Shown piece by piece: positions 22,799 through 36,418 of a stretch of DNA of 64,000 nt. The notes under the pieces are model-generated. The model saw nothing but the letters and a program-made list of their open reading frames with translations. It did not search any database and was not told where the DNA came from. Position 1 is the first letter of the stretch. Each line of letters begins with the position of its first letter. The stretch is from Lophium mytilinum (lineage: Eukaryota): contig MU004200.1 in assembly GCA_010093605.1 (NCBI GenBank), forward strand, positions 558,001-622,000. The letters run 5' to 3'. The position numbers and the translations under genes were made by a program.

Positions 22799-24377
22799 TA
22801 AGGTCCGGGCTGGGAGTGGTAACGCGGGGAGCGCGAGGCTATTTTAAGCTTTCGGATCTCGCCGCAATATGCTCTGTGATGAATCACGTGCGAATCAACC
22901 GAGGCGTTCCACTGGAAATTGTTCAAGTATCAGTGGCCTCATAAGTAAGAATACGAGACCGTCCCCCGCCCCAGATCCTTCTGCGCAGAGAAGTCCGAGA
23001 TTGCTCCAAATATCACCTCCACCTCCAATTGAGTCTGGTGACCTCGACGACACGACAACGGTTGCAGTCTCATGATACCAGCCAGTATGCTCTTTCTTGT
23101 CTGTCCCTAATGCGTGCACGCCGCAGACGCCAGAAAGACGACGGGCGTCACAACTCAGACTCCCTCGCGCTTCGAGCCCAAGCTGGCATGATCGACCGCG
23201 CCACAGATCCAGGCACTTCGAGCAACGGATTGTCCCACTCCAGCGGCTAACTAACAGCCGTCCCATGGCCAGTTCTTGGCATGGACCCTCCCCAAAACTA
23301 GTCGGCGTATAGCACGACATGCCTTAGCTTCCCTAGTCCCGAGGTCCAAGCGCGAGAGGTAGTCAACATTACACGATAGTTATTCGGATAGGGCGTGCTA
23401 AGCGGCTTCGAACACGGGAACTCGAATACGAAAGATCGAGAACTGATAGCGAGGCTGTCTCACTGGATGAGGATTTACACGTGCTTAGCTCCCCCGATAC
23501 AGAAGGTGGGAAACAGCGGTATAGACACCTGACTCTTTTTCAAACGCCATTTTTTGTTCTCTACCTGCTGCTTGAATCACGAATTTCTGAACTTACTTCA
23601 ATGGCACTGTATCCTCCCTTTCTGAATTTCCATGAGGCAAGTCACCATTTCCTTCTTGCTGCTCAATATCGGGCTTAACGAGATATAGATTCGCCACTGA
23701 GCCCCTCTTGGTACTCACGTACTAGAGCCCAAGAGCTCGTCGATCTAGCCATGCCATTTTGAACGCCAAACACCCAAACGGGATCCCAATCAACAACTGC
23801 TCTCGGCTGCCCACCCCGGGCTTACGGTACTACGACAGAGTTATCTACATACGCTTTCCGTGTTGTTGATCCTGACGTTACTTCCAGATCTCAGGCTGAT
23901 TTCTGGAAGCGTTTGGGACCGCTCTGATTTGCGTCTTGACTCGTAAATCTTATCTAAAGTCCTGATAACGCAGTAGAGGACCTTAGGTAGTAGTAGAGAG
24001 GAGTCCACACAGGCACCTCTCTGCATGATGTCGAAGAACTGACTCCTCGTCACTCGGCCTTCCTCGAAGCAGACACTGGTACAAATGTAGTACCACAGCT
24101 ATACAGATTAACCCGATCGCGAGACTTGCGAAAACATACCTAAACTCACTACCACTGATTCCACCATGCTCATCGAAGCCTCAAGTTACAGCCTTCCCAA
24201 GCACTTATCACCTTTCAATATACCATGCACGATCGAAGTCCAATCTAGCAATGTTGCAGATAGCGGGGGTGGTGCTTTACAAATATCATACAATTCCAGC
24301 TTTCGAATCTTTGATATACATACTTCTACAATACAGCTCAATGTGCAGGCTTGCGAGATGACAGCGGCTGCTATGGC

Positions 24378-25870
24378 TTACGCCGTTTCCCACCACTTCT
24401 TCTCCTTGTTCTCCAGCGGGCCCCGCCAGTCCTGGATGTGCTTGATGGCGACCTCTGCGGCTTCCTCGGCGGTGAAGTTGCGGCCGAGGGCTTCGACGAA
24501 GTCGTTTTCGGGATCTGCGGTGGGTTAGTGACGTCAAGTGGGGGATGCGGGTAACCGAGGAAAGTGAGAACATGGAGGTGAGGATCGAGGAGCAAGGGGG
24601 TTTGGGCGATACGAAGGATGGGCGTGCGAATGCGGTCATAGATGGAATATCCGATGTGATGGGATGAGGTACATAGATAGGGCGGGTGGCTACTGCGGGG
24701 GGCGATATGATGACAGAAAAGGGAAATGGATAGATAGATAGATCAACAGAAAAAGAGAGCATCGCCCGACGCAACTCACCCATCAAGTAGAAGTAGATGC
24801 TATGGTCCACCAGGTAATCCTGGCCGGGCTGCAGCTTCGGCGGCGTGGAGAAGTACACGCGGTAGTACTTGCAGCAGCTCTTGATGTTCTCGTACTCGCC
24901 CGTCAGCCCGATGATGTCTGGGTGGAACTCCTCGAGGTATTCTTTAATCACGGCGGGTGAGTCGCGCGCCGGGTCCGCCGTGATGAAGATCGGGGTGAGG
25001 ACGTCGCCGCACTTCTTCTTGATCAGGTCGATCATGACGGCCATTTTGTCGAGTTCTTCCGGGCAGATGTCCGGGCAGTGCGTGAAGCCGAAGTACACCT
25101 GGGAATCACGGTCAGATGAGTGTCTCGTTACCAGTCCATTTATCATCAAATCTCTCCACCGAGTCGGTCTTGGAGAAATCGTGATGGAGCAGGACATGCG
25201 AAATACGCACCAACGCATATTTCCCCATCAAATCCTCGTGTGTGAAGCGCCTCCCCTCCGTATCCACCAGATCAAACGGCCCGCCGACCTTCGGCTTGCC
25301 GTAGCCCTTTGTGTGCTCCGCGATGCGCTTTCGCGCCAGCCGCTCCTTCTCATAGCGGAAATACACCGTGAGGCCGACGCCAGTAGCGAGGAAGAGGAAG
25401 CCCGCGGTCACTGAAAACGGCTAACAAGGTCACGTTAGCTGGTGTTTCTTCGAGTGGTTCCGGCAGCGGATGAAGGCAGTGTGGGGTGGGGGGATTCGGG
25501 GCAGATGGGAGATGCTGGGAGACGTGCTTGACGCGAGTCTGCCTACCCCGGAGAAGTATCGGGACCTGATTTCCTGGATTGTCCTGCGGCCTTTTGGAGC
25601 GGAGCGGAGGGGTGTGGTGGAGAAGGTGCGGGAGGAGGCGGATATGGAGGGAGTGCTGCGTGTGGAGAGGGCGGCGGCTTCTCTAGTTGCGCTTGACGGA
25701 GAGCTTCGGTGCGGTCGCTGGGATGCATTGGGGTAGTTGAGGCATCTCGTTGTGAGGGTGCGTTTCGAGGGTTGAGCGAGTAAACGCGCGGTGTGTAGCT
25801 CCGACGGGGATATTGAGGAGGGCCTGATGACTCTTAGAGCCCCAGATATGGAGGAGCACGATCGAGACAT
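24378..25870 (-). CDS. SCO1: Mitochondrial copper chaperone Sco1, 4 exons
   Basis: GKPKVGGPFDL, YFGFTHCPDICPEELDK, YLVDHSIYFYLM|DP and FVEALGRN. Confidence 0.95.
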
Positions 25871-26232
25871 CTTGAAAGCGAGCGTCGGCGATGCGGGGTG
25901 CGAATTGGAGATGGGGTCGGTGGTGGTGAGGCAACGAAAAGTTGAAGTCTAGACGCACGGGCCTCATTGATAGTCAGTCGATGATGAGACGACAACCGTC
26001 GCCCTCGACATCCTAACACTGTTTAATCACAAGCTCATTGACCTATTTCAGACACTGATATTTGACTTATTGTATTATCTATTCACCTCCTCGATGTATG
26101 TACGAAGGTCCTAGCGGATGACAAACATCCCAAACGCAATACTGTCAGACCAGATATCTATCCAACAGAGCTGTTTTAAACGCCGCCGCAATGCAAAATG
26201 CTCAATCATGCACACATGACACCCAAAAGATC

Positions 26233-28196
26233 TCAACCGCCACCGGCAGCAAACTGTGACTTCGCTCGAAGTATCGCACCATACTTCCACATTAAAAAGG
26301 GAGCCGGAACTCCAAGTCCCAGCGAGATAAAGGCGAGCACACTGTTTCCCCATCCATAGTCAAGAGCAGCGTACATTGACGGCGCAAATAAAGGGAACCC
26401 GAAGCCAGCTAGAGATCGCAGCACCGTCGCAGCAGCAATGGCTGAAGCGGCATAGCGAGAGTAGGAGTCCACGAGGTATCTGCGACTTGCGTTAGCGTAT
26501 TGTCAACCCTCTACTTGAAAGCTATCTTACGTTTGAATACACTGGAACCCAATAATGATGCCGGCCGAGAATATGGCGGCTCCGATGTTTGGCATGATCC
26601 AATGGACTCTGGCTTGTGCGGACCATCCGTACCAGAAAAGGCCAATAGGCGTCATCAGCGCACCAGGAAGGATCAGCGGGATGCGGAATTCCGGCTTGCC
26701 CACACCATTGTTCTTTTTTTTCAGCCTGCGATAGATACGGTCGTTGATGGGCGCACATATCTGGGTCCCCAGGAAAAAGCCAAGCGCCAGCGAGATGTAG
26801 TTCAGGCCTCCAATACCAACTGACTCATTGTACCTCTTCTCCCAAAGAGGAGGGAATGTCGAAAGAACGAGATACATCAAGCCGTACAGGTAGGCCATGT
26901 ATACCGCGAGGACCTGGACAATAGGCTGGGTTCCAAGAAGCTTGAATGGTCTTATGATCGCCGTCCTCAGAATCTTGGCCAATGTTTTATCCGGACTTTC
27001 GTACTCTGTGTGCAGAGCCATATTTCCTGTCTCTTTGCGTAGTTTCTTGGCCTTTTGCTTCAGGATTTCCGGGGCGTACGTCTCTTGCAGAAGGACCACG
27101 CCGCATACCTGGACCAGTCCGGTAAATATCGTAGTTGCCCAGAATGCCCATCGCCATGTCGTATTCTCGGTTATAAAACCACCTGCTATGGGACCAATGG
27201 CGGGGCCAAGTAATGGAGCTAGGCTGTAGATGCTAATAGCCTTTCCTCTCTGCTCTGGCGGGAAACAGTCGGAGAGTAGGCCACCGCCAATAGCCAGAGG
27301 GGCGCTTCCACCCAGGCCGCTCAAAAATCGAAACGCGAGCATCTGACCGCTATTTTGGGCGAAACCGCAACCAAGATTCCAAGCTAGGTAAAACAAATTC
27401 GCTAATTGTAGTACTCGCACTCGGCCATAAACCTCGGAAAGCGGGCCTAGAAAGAGGGGTCCCACAGCATATGCGAGGATGAAGATGGACAGGATCAACT
27501 GCGACTCCACCACGTTTGTTATGTGGAACTCACGAGCCATGCTGCTAAGGGCCGGTGCTACCATCGATGAGGATATTGGCGAAACGATGGTGAAAGAGGA
27601 TACGATGAAGGTGGCGGCCCATTTCCGCTTCATGGACCAGTTCCTGGGGTTCATTGGGTCATCTGGCGAGTCCCAGGTTACCTGAAACATGGTCAATCAG
27701 AATGAAGTTCTTGTTTATTATGCAGCATCAAGCTTACCAGATTTGGATCCTTGATTGATCTCGTAGACTTCTTCTTTTCCAAGCCTGGCATACCCTTTTC
27801 GACATCCCTCTCAGTCTTGATACCAGCGTCCACTTCTGTAGTTGGCTCTGGCTCAGCTAAATCGTCCTTTTCCGGATCCTTGCTCGATTTCTCTCCGTCT
27901 CCATTGTCTGAGGCGCTTTCGCCGTCGTCAGAGGTACTATCGCTGTCGCGCTCGAATGCTTCTGTCTGCGTTGGGATACGTTCTAGAGATGCCGTACTTC
28001 CGGCTGCTGCGACGCTATGGCTTTCGTCATGGTGATAGACTGACTGGTCGTCGAGGTGTTGAGTCGTATAAAGGCGGTGGAGGTTTGCGCGTGGGCTCCG
28101 TGCTCGCGACCTCGACCTTTGCGTTCTCGATCGGGACCTAGAGTGAGGTGTCGTCGGGCTGCGTGACCTGGAGCGTTCATTGCGATCATCTTCCAT
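26233..28196 (-). CDS. MFS drug:H+ antiporter, DHA1 family, 3 exons
   Basis: VTWDSPDDPMNPRNWSMKRKW, GPLSEVYGR, LGPAIGPIAGG, WRW, KPEFRIP and YAASAIAAATVLRSLAGFGFPLF. Confidence 0.93.
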
Positions 28197-29242
28197 AGTC
28201 ACAACCAATATTGCTCAATCGAAATACGGAGATGTCAATGTAATGGAGTCTCTTCTATTCGCTCAACAGCTGGTGGGTTCTCAGGACGCAAAATGCGGTG
28301 AGTTTGGGGAGCAGTGAATATTTATAGTAGGAAAACTCGGGAGTGGGTCACAGTTGCAGTGAAAGCAGCATACGAAGCGGCAGCAGGTGTTCTATTCATA
28401 CTTGCCCCGGCAGGCGCAAACCCGAGTGCCATCAAGCGGGTTTAAGGTGACGTCGGGCACGAAATCTCCGCCTTTTAGAGGCGCTCGTCCCGTCGCCTCT
28501 GGGCCAAGAGCAGTTTGGTTTCTGTCTGCTCGCGTTCGGCATCTCGGCACGCTCGGGGTAACGACCAATGGGAGTTCCGAATATATCCTTACAGTATAAT
28601 CCATTCCGTCGTGCAGTACTCTAGCCAGAGCGCAATGCAGACAGATAAAACTCCCGTCACGCCGTGCTCACTGCGTTTACGCGTCTCCCCGGCCCGGAGT
28701 GGTCCTCTCGCTCGTCTAACTGCGAATCGCGAGGTGGATATGGAGTTAAGGCTAGCCCGCAAAAGCGATTTCCGACAATTTTGGAAGGGTCCGTGGTCCG
28801 AGTGCCCCCCCCGCTGCCGATCCACCTGCTTGGTAAAAAGCTTGTCTCTCTCCTGCGAAACTCGCATTTTGCATTCGATAACGTGTTGGCGATGCGAGGA
28901 TGTGGTATGAATCTCCTTTTTCTTCACGTCACTGCTCTATGTTGCTTCGGCCTCGTACAAATTTCCAGCATGGATAACCATTTTTCTGGCGACGCCGCCC
29001 GCGGACGATGCTCCATTCCGCCAAGGTATTCCGCCGCCACTGCCATCAGGTGACGTCAACAAGAGGAAGTAGCGAGATGCAGCATCAACACGACAACCAT
29101 AATTCATATTCTCCAACTTTGCCACGCAGTTTCGCAACTGCGTATGCATAGCCACCATATCGCCGCACTATTGCTCGCCCTGAGAAGATCACTATCTCTA
29201 GCGTCCCGCAACCCCCCCAAACACCGCCACTTCTCGTCCACC

Positions 29243-30337
29243 ATGTCGTGGATGGATTCCTGGAGCCGTCCTGGAAAGCACGCCGCGGTGCCGCCGCCCT
29301 TGTATCTCACCGAAGGGGAGAACGTCCCGTACTGCCAGACGTGCGGCCGTGTCATGGGTGAGCGAATCCTTCCTCGAAGCGTAGGAGTAGGCGCGGTGTT
29401 CTGAACTCTGCAGGTGCGCGGAAGGCTCAGCAGACCAAGGGCAGTGTCGTCAAGTACTGTTCTGATAGATGCCGAAATCGGAAGCCCGGGGCCATTGACA
29501 GAAAGATTGAGCGGGCGATTGTAGCACTGTTGAACGAGGAGCCGGAGTCGGGGATTGAGAAGACGGCTGCCAAGGCTAAGGCTGTTAAGGGTGATCGGAG
29601 GGTTATCGTTACTATGGATGAGATGTGAGTATAGATCAAATGTGTTGGTGGTTTTCAGGAGTATCATCAAGCTTCCTGGACGTTTTCCACAAGGGCGCCG
29701 TACACGGTCCCCAGTTCTTGACATAGCCGGGCTCAAATTGAGAAACTCGACTAGGGTTCAAGCTGACCAGCTCAGAGAGGAGGTCTTCTTCGGCAACCGC
29801 CACGATCCAGCAAAAACGTTCGGCCGGAAAAAGAACCGTGCAAGCCGGGCTCTAGGCAAAGAAGACGAGGAATGGAAGAGCGTGGACATGGTCAGCGACG
29901 ACGACACCTCCTCAGACCACGACAAGAGCCCCTTCAACCAGTTACCAGGAACCATCCGCCCGATCGTGCGCCCTCCACAGACAGCATCCGAAGTCAATGG
30001 CGGCATTGGCGGCGAAAAAGGCCGTGCGGAGCGGACAGGCGAGTCCGTCGAAGACCTCGAGAAGCGGCAAGAGGGCCAGCGCCGGGCGGAAGAGAGGGAA
30101 ATGGTGCGCCGAGCTGCGAGGAGAGGTATTGTTTTCGGATTCGCCGTAGATGAGAGTGTAAGAGCACCACCGGATTACCATGGGAAAGTGCCTGGACGAA
30201 ACGCCAAGGCACGAAAGGTTGATGATGCAGATCCCGCTCCGCAGACAATCAGGCGGAAGTGTGAGGCTTTGATGCAGGGCGCGGTCGTGGAGCCTAGCTT
30301 TGCTAAAGGGGATTGGGCCATCAGATGGCGGGAATGA
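29243..30337 (+). CDS. Conserved fungal hypothetical protein with DUF2256-like Cys motif, 3 exons
   Basis: MSWMDSWSRPGK..PYCQTCGRVM|..VKYCSDRCRNRKPG and C-terminal VVEPSFAKGDWAIRWRE. Confidence 0.75.
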
Positions 30338-30781
30338 TGAATGTCCGAGGCTGGGAACTGTGTTCTTAGGTCTTACCATCTACCTCATTTCTGTATGTTC
30401 GGCCCCTATTTCTTGAATGGACAATGAGCATTTTGTGATGAGATTAAGGAAGGAACTTGACTAAGAAAGCGAATGTTCTCGTGGACCAGTCGTGATCTAA
30501 GCGAGAAGGCTGACTAACGATGTGAAGGTTTCGTGTATCAACATTGAGGAGCACGTGATTTAAGCGAAGAGGGAATGGATGGAGTGGAATGAAAGGAGAG
30601 TTGAAGAGCCTGGATACAAAATGGGACGCACGTGATGACGTTAGTCAAGTAAGCAGAAAGTGAGACAGTGGGTAAGCCTCAACTCCTATATTTCATTGCT
30701 AGGGGGCCTTAGGGAGAAACAATCGCTTTTCGTGTTCTAGGCGTCTACCTCTTTGTAGTTCTATCAGCCTCTATGTTGCAT

Positions 30782-33084
30782 CTACAGCTTATACTCCCGC
30801 AAAACAAGCGAGCCGACGAACGCAAGCAGCGAGCAACCCAATGACAGTACTATTGATGAGTCAGCAAGTCAGTACCGAAGAGAGCTTTGAAAAATATCTG
30901 AGAGCATCACTTACCATGCGTATACTCGATACCTTCTATATACGCCTCTAATATTGCCTCTCCCACAACCCCAGTCGCATTCTGCACAAACCCGATATCT
31001 GAAGCGGCCTTGTGGATGATCTTCCCCCTCTTAATATGTCCAAACCCCAACCCAATCAACCTCCTATCCAAGCCCCTCCTCAACGTCTCCTGCATCGTTG
31101 CACTGACGCCCGCAAGACCCATGATCATGCCAATCGTGCCAGTGAGATAGAGTGTCGACGTTGCGACAGCAGTGTGGGCGGGATCAATAGCGGCCTGGAG
31201 ACTGATGAAGAGGGCGGACTGGGAAAGACCTTGGCCGAAGCCGCCGGGGATGATGTACAGGGACTCCCACCAGTTTGTGTGGCCGTGCCAGCGTACGATC
31301 AAGAGGAAGTAGCTGAGCGAGGAAAAGACGGTGGCGAGGACAACGATAGCTTTGTAGCGGCCCCATCTGAACTGGTTCAGTACTTGTAGCAAAGCTGTCG
31401 GAAGCGTACTCACCGTCTTATTAAAAGACCCGATGCAATACCGCCTAGAGCGTTACCGACAACGGCGGGGGCTAGATGCGCGCCCGCCATGGTGTTGGAG
31501 GCTTTCGCAGTGATTTGGAAATAGAGTGGAACAGAAAACATCATCTAGACCAGAAGTAGGACAAGTTAGCCAGGATGTCTAGTCATGTCGATCGATCTGG
31601 TCCAAAAGGTAACTCACGCCCAACTGTGCTGCAGTTTGAAAAGCCATGATCAGATACGATGCAACGGCATCTCTTTGCCTCAAAAGCTGGAGAGGGAGGA
31701 CAGGTTCCTTCGCCCACCACGCTTCGGTCATGACAAAGAAGATGGCCAATACGATACCCAGGCCGAATAAAGCGGAGATTAGCGGGTGTTTCCATGGTAT
31801 TTTGACTCCTCCTATTTCGATTGGCAGGAGAAAGGATAGAATCACTGCAGCCATCAATGCTGCACCCAGAAAGTCGATTCTCGCGAAGCGACTTCCCCCT
31901 TTTGCAGAGTTCGGGGATTCTTTTCGACCTTGCTTCGGATTATGACTGGGAAGCACAATCCAGCAGAGTATCATGGCAAGGACAATTAACGGGGCTTGGC
32001 CAAAGAAGGACCTGGCACCAACCAATTAGATTTCACGACACTGTCAAGATTGTGAGACGAGTGTTTACCATCTCCAGCCAATCGTATCTGCAAGCCAGCC
32101 ACCGAGGGGCCCTCCAATACTGCGCCCAGTGGTCGCCACAACATTTACGTAGGAGCGCCAGGATGCGACTTGTCGGAGCGGCACTAGATCTGGGCAAAAT
32201 CAGCCAAACTTGTATATATTTTGGAAGTTCTTGAGATCCATAGTAGAACTGGAGGCATCTTAAAATGACCTACCTGTAATAAGAATCGAAACCAGAACAG
32301 TCATCCCAGCTCCTCCGGCTCCCGATATGACACGGCCAAGAATGACCTGCCACATGCTGGTTCCAAGACCACTATAATTTATTAGCGTCTGGAACAGAGC
32401 TAATAGTCCTACGACGGGGACACGTACACAACAACACTACATCGAGAGTCCAAATTAGCATGCGGTCATAAAGGAGCATGGCATACTGACAGGCCAGATG
32501 CGAACAGCCCATAGGCAACCAAAACCAAGGCCTTTCGGCCATAGATGTCGCTCAATTTTCCATACTTGCAAATGTTAGTGAGGGATGTTGATGATACGTC
32601 TAGCATGTTTTGCGTACGAGAGACTGTGTTGCAGCGCCAGCCAGGGCAAAGCTGGTAAATAGCCAACTCGAAGCAGAGAGATCGTTGAACTCAGATGCAA
32701 TAAGTGGATGCGTAGCCAGCACTAGGGATCCATCTGCGTTGGAAATGAAGACTCCTGGAGCAGCGTTAGCGTTGCCAGAGTCCAGAATGGTTGCATAGCA
32801 TGAACATGAGAGTGCAGCGTACCGATGAGCAAGACCACAATGATTCGAGCTATAGCAGCTGTACTTGCAGGCTGGGGCTGGCTCTCAATAGTGCCATTGG
32901 CGGCATGCGACTCCTCATCCGTCCTTGGTTTGGAGAAGCTTCGTATAGATTCGTCGTCGCCAGAGTCGCCGCTCGAAGTGCTGGAGGTTGAAGTGCTTTG
33001 ACTGGATTCAGGCGAAGAAAACTGCTGGTCAGCCAACAAGGGACTCCGCTCGCTGGGCTCCTCGGCTATACTATCACGCGGCAT
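30782..33084 (-). CDS. MFS transporter, DHA2 / Vba (vacuolar basic amino-acid transporter)-like, many introns
   Basis: N-terminal ERSPLL sorting-type motif, YGKLSDIYGRK, GRVISGAGGAG, GGWLADTIGWRW, RIDFLGA and AKEPVLPL. Confidence 0.88.
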
Positions 33085-33367
33085 TGTGAATCAAATATTG
33101 AATTAACGACAGAAGTCAAGATTAGAATGGACGCCAGGGCTTGCAAGAACTAAAAGGAAAAGCAGGCCTCGAGACCTGAGTCAGAGCCGCGATAAGATAG
33201 GCAAAGCTGCGAACGATTTTTCATACGGTGCCGGCTCCCGACGCCGTGGCATCGTGGCGGAGGTCTGCATCGACGTGCAGGGTGAAGGTTGAGGCCCCTG
33301 TTCTGGGCATCCCGAGAGCGAGCGAGCTAGGCCCTCCGATTCGGCTATGTTGCGAAGTGTGCAGCAT

Positions 33368-33377
33368 ATGGCGCCAT
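33368..33377. promoter_or_regulatory. Perfect CYS-3/MetR-type bZIP site ATGGCGCCAT, 284 bp upstream of the Vba-like MFS start
   Basis: Matches the Neurospora CYS-3 consensus ATGRYRYCAT and lies next to an arylsulfatase gene. Confidence 0.45.
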
Positions 33378-33605
33378 TTATGGAGGGGAACTTCAACGAT
33401 ATTTGCCCGAAACCAGCCTATAGATAACTTTTATTTCCCCCTAGCCTGTCTTCATTCAAGCATCTGCCCGATATCAATCCCGAGATATTAGTCAAGCCAC
33501 CGTCGCTAACGAGATCCTGACTCGACATTGCCTCCAGTACGGTACACAGAGTTGCAAAACAATCGTTTGACAGGGCTAGTAGCTCTATGCTGGGCTTTCC
33601 TAACT

Positions 33606-35645
33606 CTAGACCCACTCGTGCCACTGCGTGCCGTGCCGATAAACGAATCCATCGCGCTCGAACTGGGGTCCCTCGGCATCGACGATGTACCCGGCCTCGC
33701 AGCGGGAATACTCGATCCGCCTTTGCTCAGTCTCGTAGAAATTGTCAAATCTTGGCGAGAGAGCGTCATGCAGGTTAGCCACGTTTCCTGCGGGATGCAA
33801 GGCAAGCCACGGTCTGGTGCAAGTCTGGCCCTTGCATGACTTCAGCACGAACAAGAGAGAGTCTAGACGAGCCACCACTTTCGATAGAGGAAAGCCGAGT
33901 AGAGTTTCTGGGGCAAGCTCATCCTCGTGAAGAAGATTGCGGAGTTGGCCGGGGTCGGTCTATAGGGATTGTTTAGCATGCGCTCGAAGTAACGATATGG
34001 TGAATTACCTTCAGGTTATACAACTCATGCTCGTTAGTGCACCACACAGAGTAGTGAAAGTTGTAGTGCTCACCAATGATCCGGAGAGCTTTGTATGTGT
34101 TGTTGTAATAGAACCGATCTTGATCTCCGTAAGCAAACATCGAGACGGACAAGACAGTATCACTAACTTGGGTCAAATTCGCCCTCGCCCAGTGCGAAGC
34201 CCCAGTACTCCACGTTGACGTGCTCGTGGCGGGTTTTGGCAGCAGATTTGATCCCCGACTTGGTCAGCGGGATCGCTTCTCCGTCGAAATCAGCTCTGAG
34301 GGGAGCCCCTGCCAGCTGGAGAATAGTGGGAGCTAGATCGGTATGTGTGGTAACGATGTCAGTCGTCTCTCCCTCTGGCACTCCGGGGCCGCGAATGATG
34401 AGAGGGATATTGATATCTTCTTCGAAGCTGCATTCTTTGCCTGGTTGAAGCCGGTGTTGACCGATGTGATAGCCCTTTTGACGTCAGTCAGCAGCTGGCA
34501 GAACTCTGTGCAACATCTCTGTATACTCACATTATCGCTTGAGAAGATGACATAGGTATCGTCTAGGATACCGTGTTTCTCTAAGCGGGAGATAATTTCA
34601 TCGACAATCTCGTCAGCAGACTGAATTGCCCGGAGGCGATTGCGGTAGAAGTGATCGTTGGCATCGACATTTTCCTGGCTCTGCCTTTCTAGCGTTCGGA
34701 TCCAGTTAGCGCCCGAGGGTTTCTCTGGGTTGAAATTCTCAGTACGGGGCACTTTGACATCTTTGAACAGATGCGCGTGTCGAGCAGCGGGGATTGGAGG
34801 AGTAAAGTTGGCAACGAAGCCTTCTACGGAACCCTCTAGATTGATGACCTCGACGTTGCTGTGAGGTGCGACGGGAGCAATGGCAAGGAAAAACGGCTTG
34901 TCGGCTTCCACCGCATCTTCCAGGAACCCATAAGCCTTCTCGGCGAGGACATCTACGCTATACTCTCCCTCATGGCTCACAGGAGGGTCTTTGTTGCGTT
35001 GGTAAGAGCTGTTGAGATATTGGTAAGTAAAAGGGTCTAGGAGAAAGTCCTAGTGCAGCCTATTAGTATAATCGTAACAGGGCTTGAGGCTGCCTCAATG
35101 CCTCAATGCTAGAATAACCTACAGATCCAGTGAAACCAGCAGCATGAGGAGTGTTGTAGTTCTCCACGGTGTGCGCATTGAACAGCTTTCCGGTGTAGTA
35201 GGTGTTATAACCCGCGTTTTGAAGCCATACTGGCAGATAGGCCTCATTCAGCCCCTGGCTGAGGAACTTAGGGTAGCCACCTAGAGTATGGGCATCAGCA
35301 ACGCACCGATTGCAATGAAAGACAAGGCCATATACCATAAGGGGGGTTCACGTCGGTTACATTGGTGTTATGCGCTGCCTTTCCCGTCCATAAACTTACC
35401 CGAGAAGGGCAGCAAAGCGCGGTCGTGCAAAAGTGCTTTCTGTAGGTAGTGCCCTTCTCAACGAGGTGCTTCTGGACGAAAGGGAGATAGTCGAGGGACT
35501 TCAACTGGTAATCGAGATCGTCCAACAGGATGAAGACGATGGATGGGGGGCGCGTCTTGGGCTTGTCGTGGAGAGGAGACTGGTCCGAGCGTGCGAAAAC
35601 GGCCCCCGCCGTCAGGCACAGAAGCAGAGTAGCACGGACGAACAT
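33606..35645 (-). CDS. Secreted arylsulfatase (ars-1-like), multi-exon
   Basis: Signal peptide, PSIVFILLDD, sulfatase signature ALCCPSRVSLWTG, YTGKLFN, SSDN|GYHIGQHR and GKECSFEEDINIP. Confidence 0.93.
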
Positions 35646-36418
35646 GCTAAGACGTTGGTGACTCTTCGATGACTCTTACAACGGTCGAGAAGTGTTATAT
35701 CTACCAGACAGACGGTCGTCAGAAGAGTCTGCACGATGAAGCTCAAGATGTTCTCGGCAAACCCCCCGAACTACTCGGGCCTTTTCCAACCTGCGGAGCA
35801 TTGCGTACGTAGTGATTTTGTGGAGTACCTAGACATCGCGTGCTCATTGGGAGTTATCACAACAACCTCATGCCAAACACTCTCAGTTCAACGTCCGCCG
35901 GGGTGGCACCCACGACTGCAGCCACTGCAACCAGCCCTGGTCTGACAGTTCTTGAGCACTAGACTTTTTGGAGAAATTCCTGCGATCGGTCCCCTCTCCC
36001 GAGACAGCTCCCCAGTTTCGCCATGCGGCGTGGGGTGCCATGCCAAACGTTTGGCTTCTCAAAGCGTGAATCTTGAATGGGCCCCGATAGCACGAGTCTT
36101 GGAAGCAATTCAAGTGGGTATACGCGAGATCCTCTAAAGTCGGCATCATTCGCACGAACACTACTCCTTTGCCCTGCCAAGGAGAGGTTATTCAGAGCCT
36201 TCAAGAGCCACAACTCCCAATACAGGGCATCCCCACGGAATCTGGGGATCCCATCGCAGTGTCTCTATCCTGCATGCAATACGGCGAGGCGTCCAGGTCG
36301 CTGGTAGCCCACCACTCTGGGCAGACAGCTCTATTGAGCGGCTGGAAACGCCAGCTTCAAGGAAAGGCCATGAGATTCTGGGCCTGCCGTGCCTCCGAAA
36401 GCTGAGATCCTGCAGAAG

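Noticed and set aside
21492..22848. Removing the transposon restores a 25-aa Cys-rich ORF (MCCPCWRCSCKV...)
   Set aside because: Very short, with no promoter or homology support; likely chance in TG-rich DNA.
23395..23435. B-box-like GTTCGAAGCC on the minus strand (a similar partial motif occurs at 52321)
   Set aside because: No cloverleaf, A-box or terminator.
30436..30513. Possible C/D snoRNA (GTGATGA...CTGA)
   Set aside because: No recognisable rRNA guide or terminal stem; it lies in a 3' UTR.
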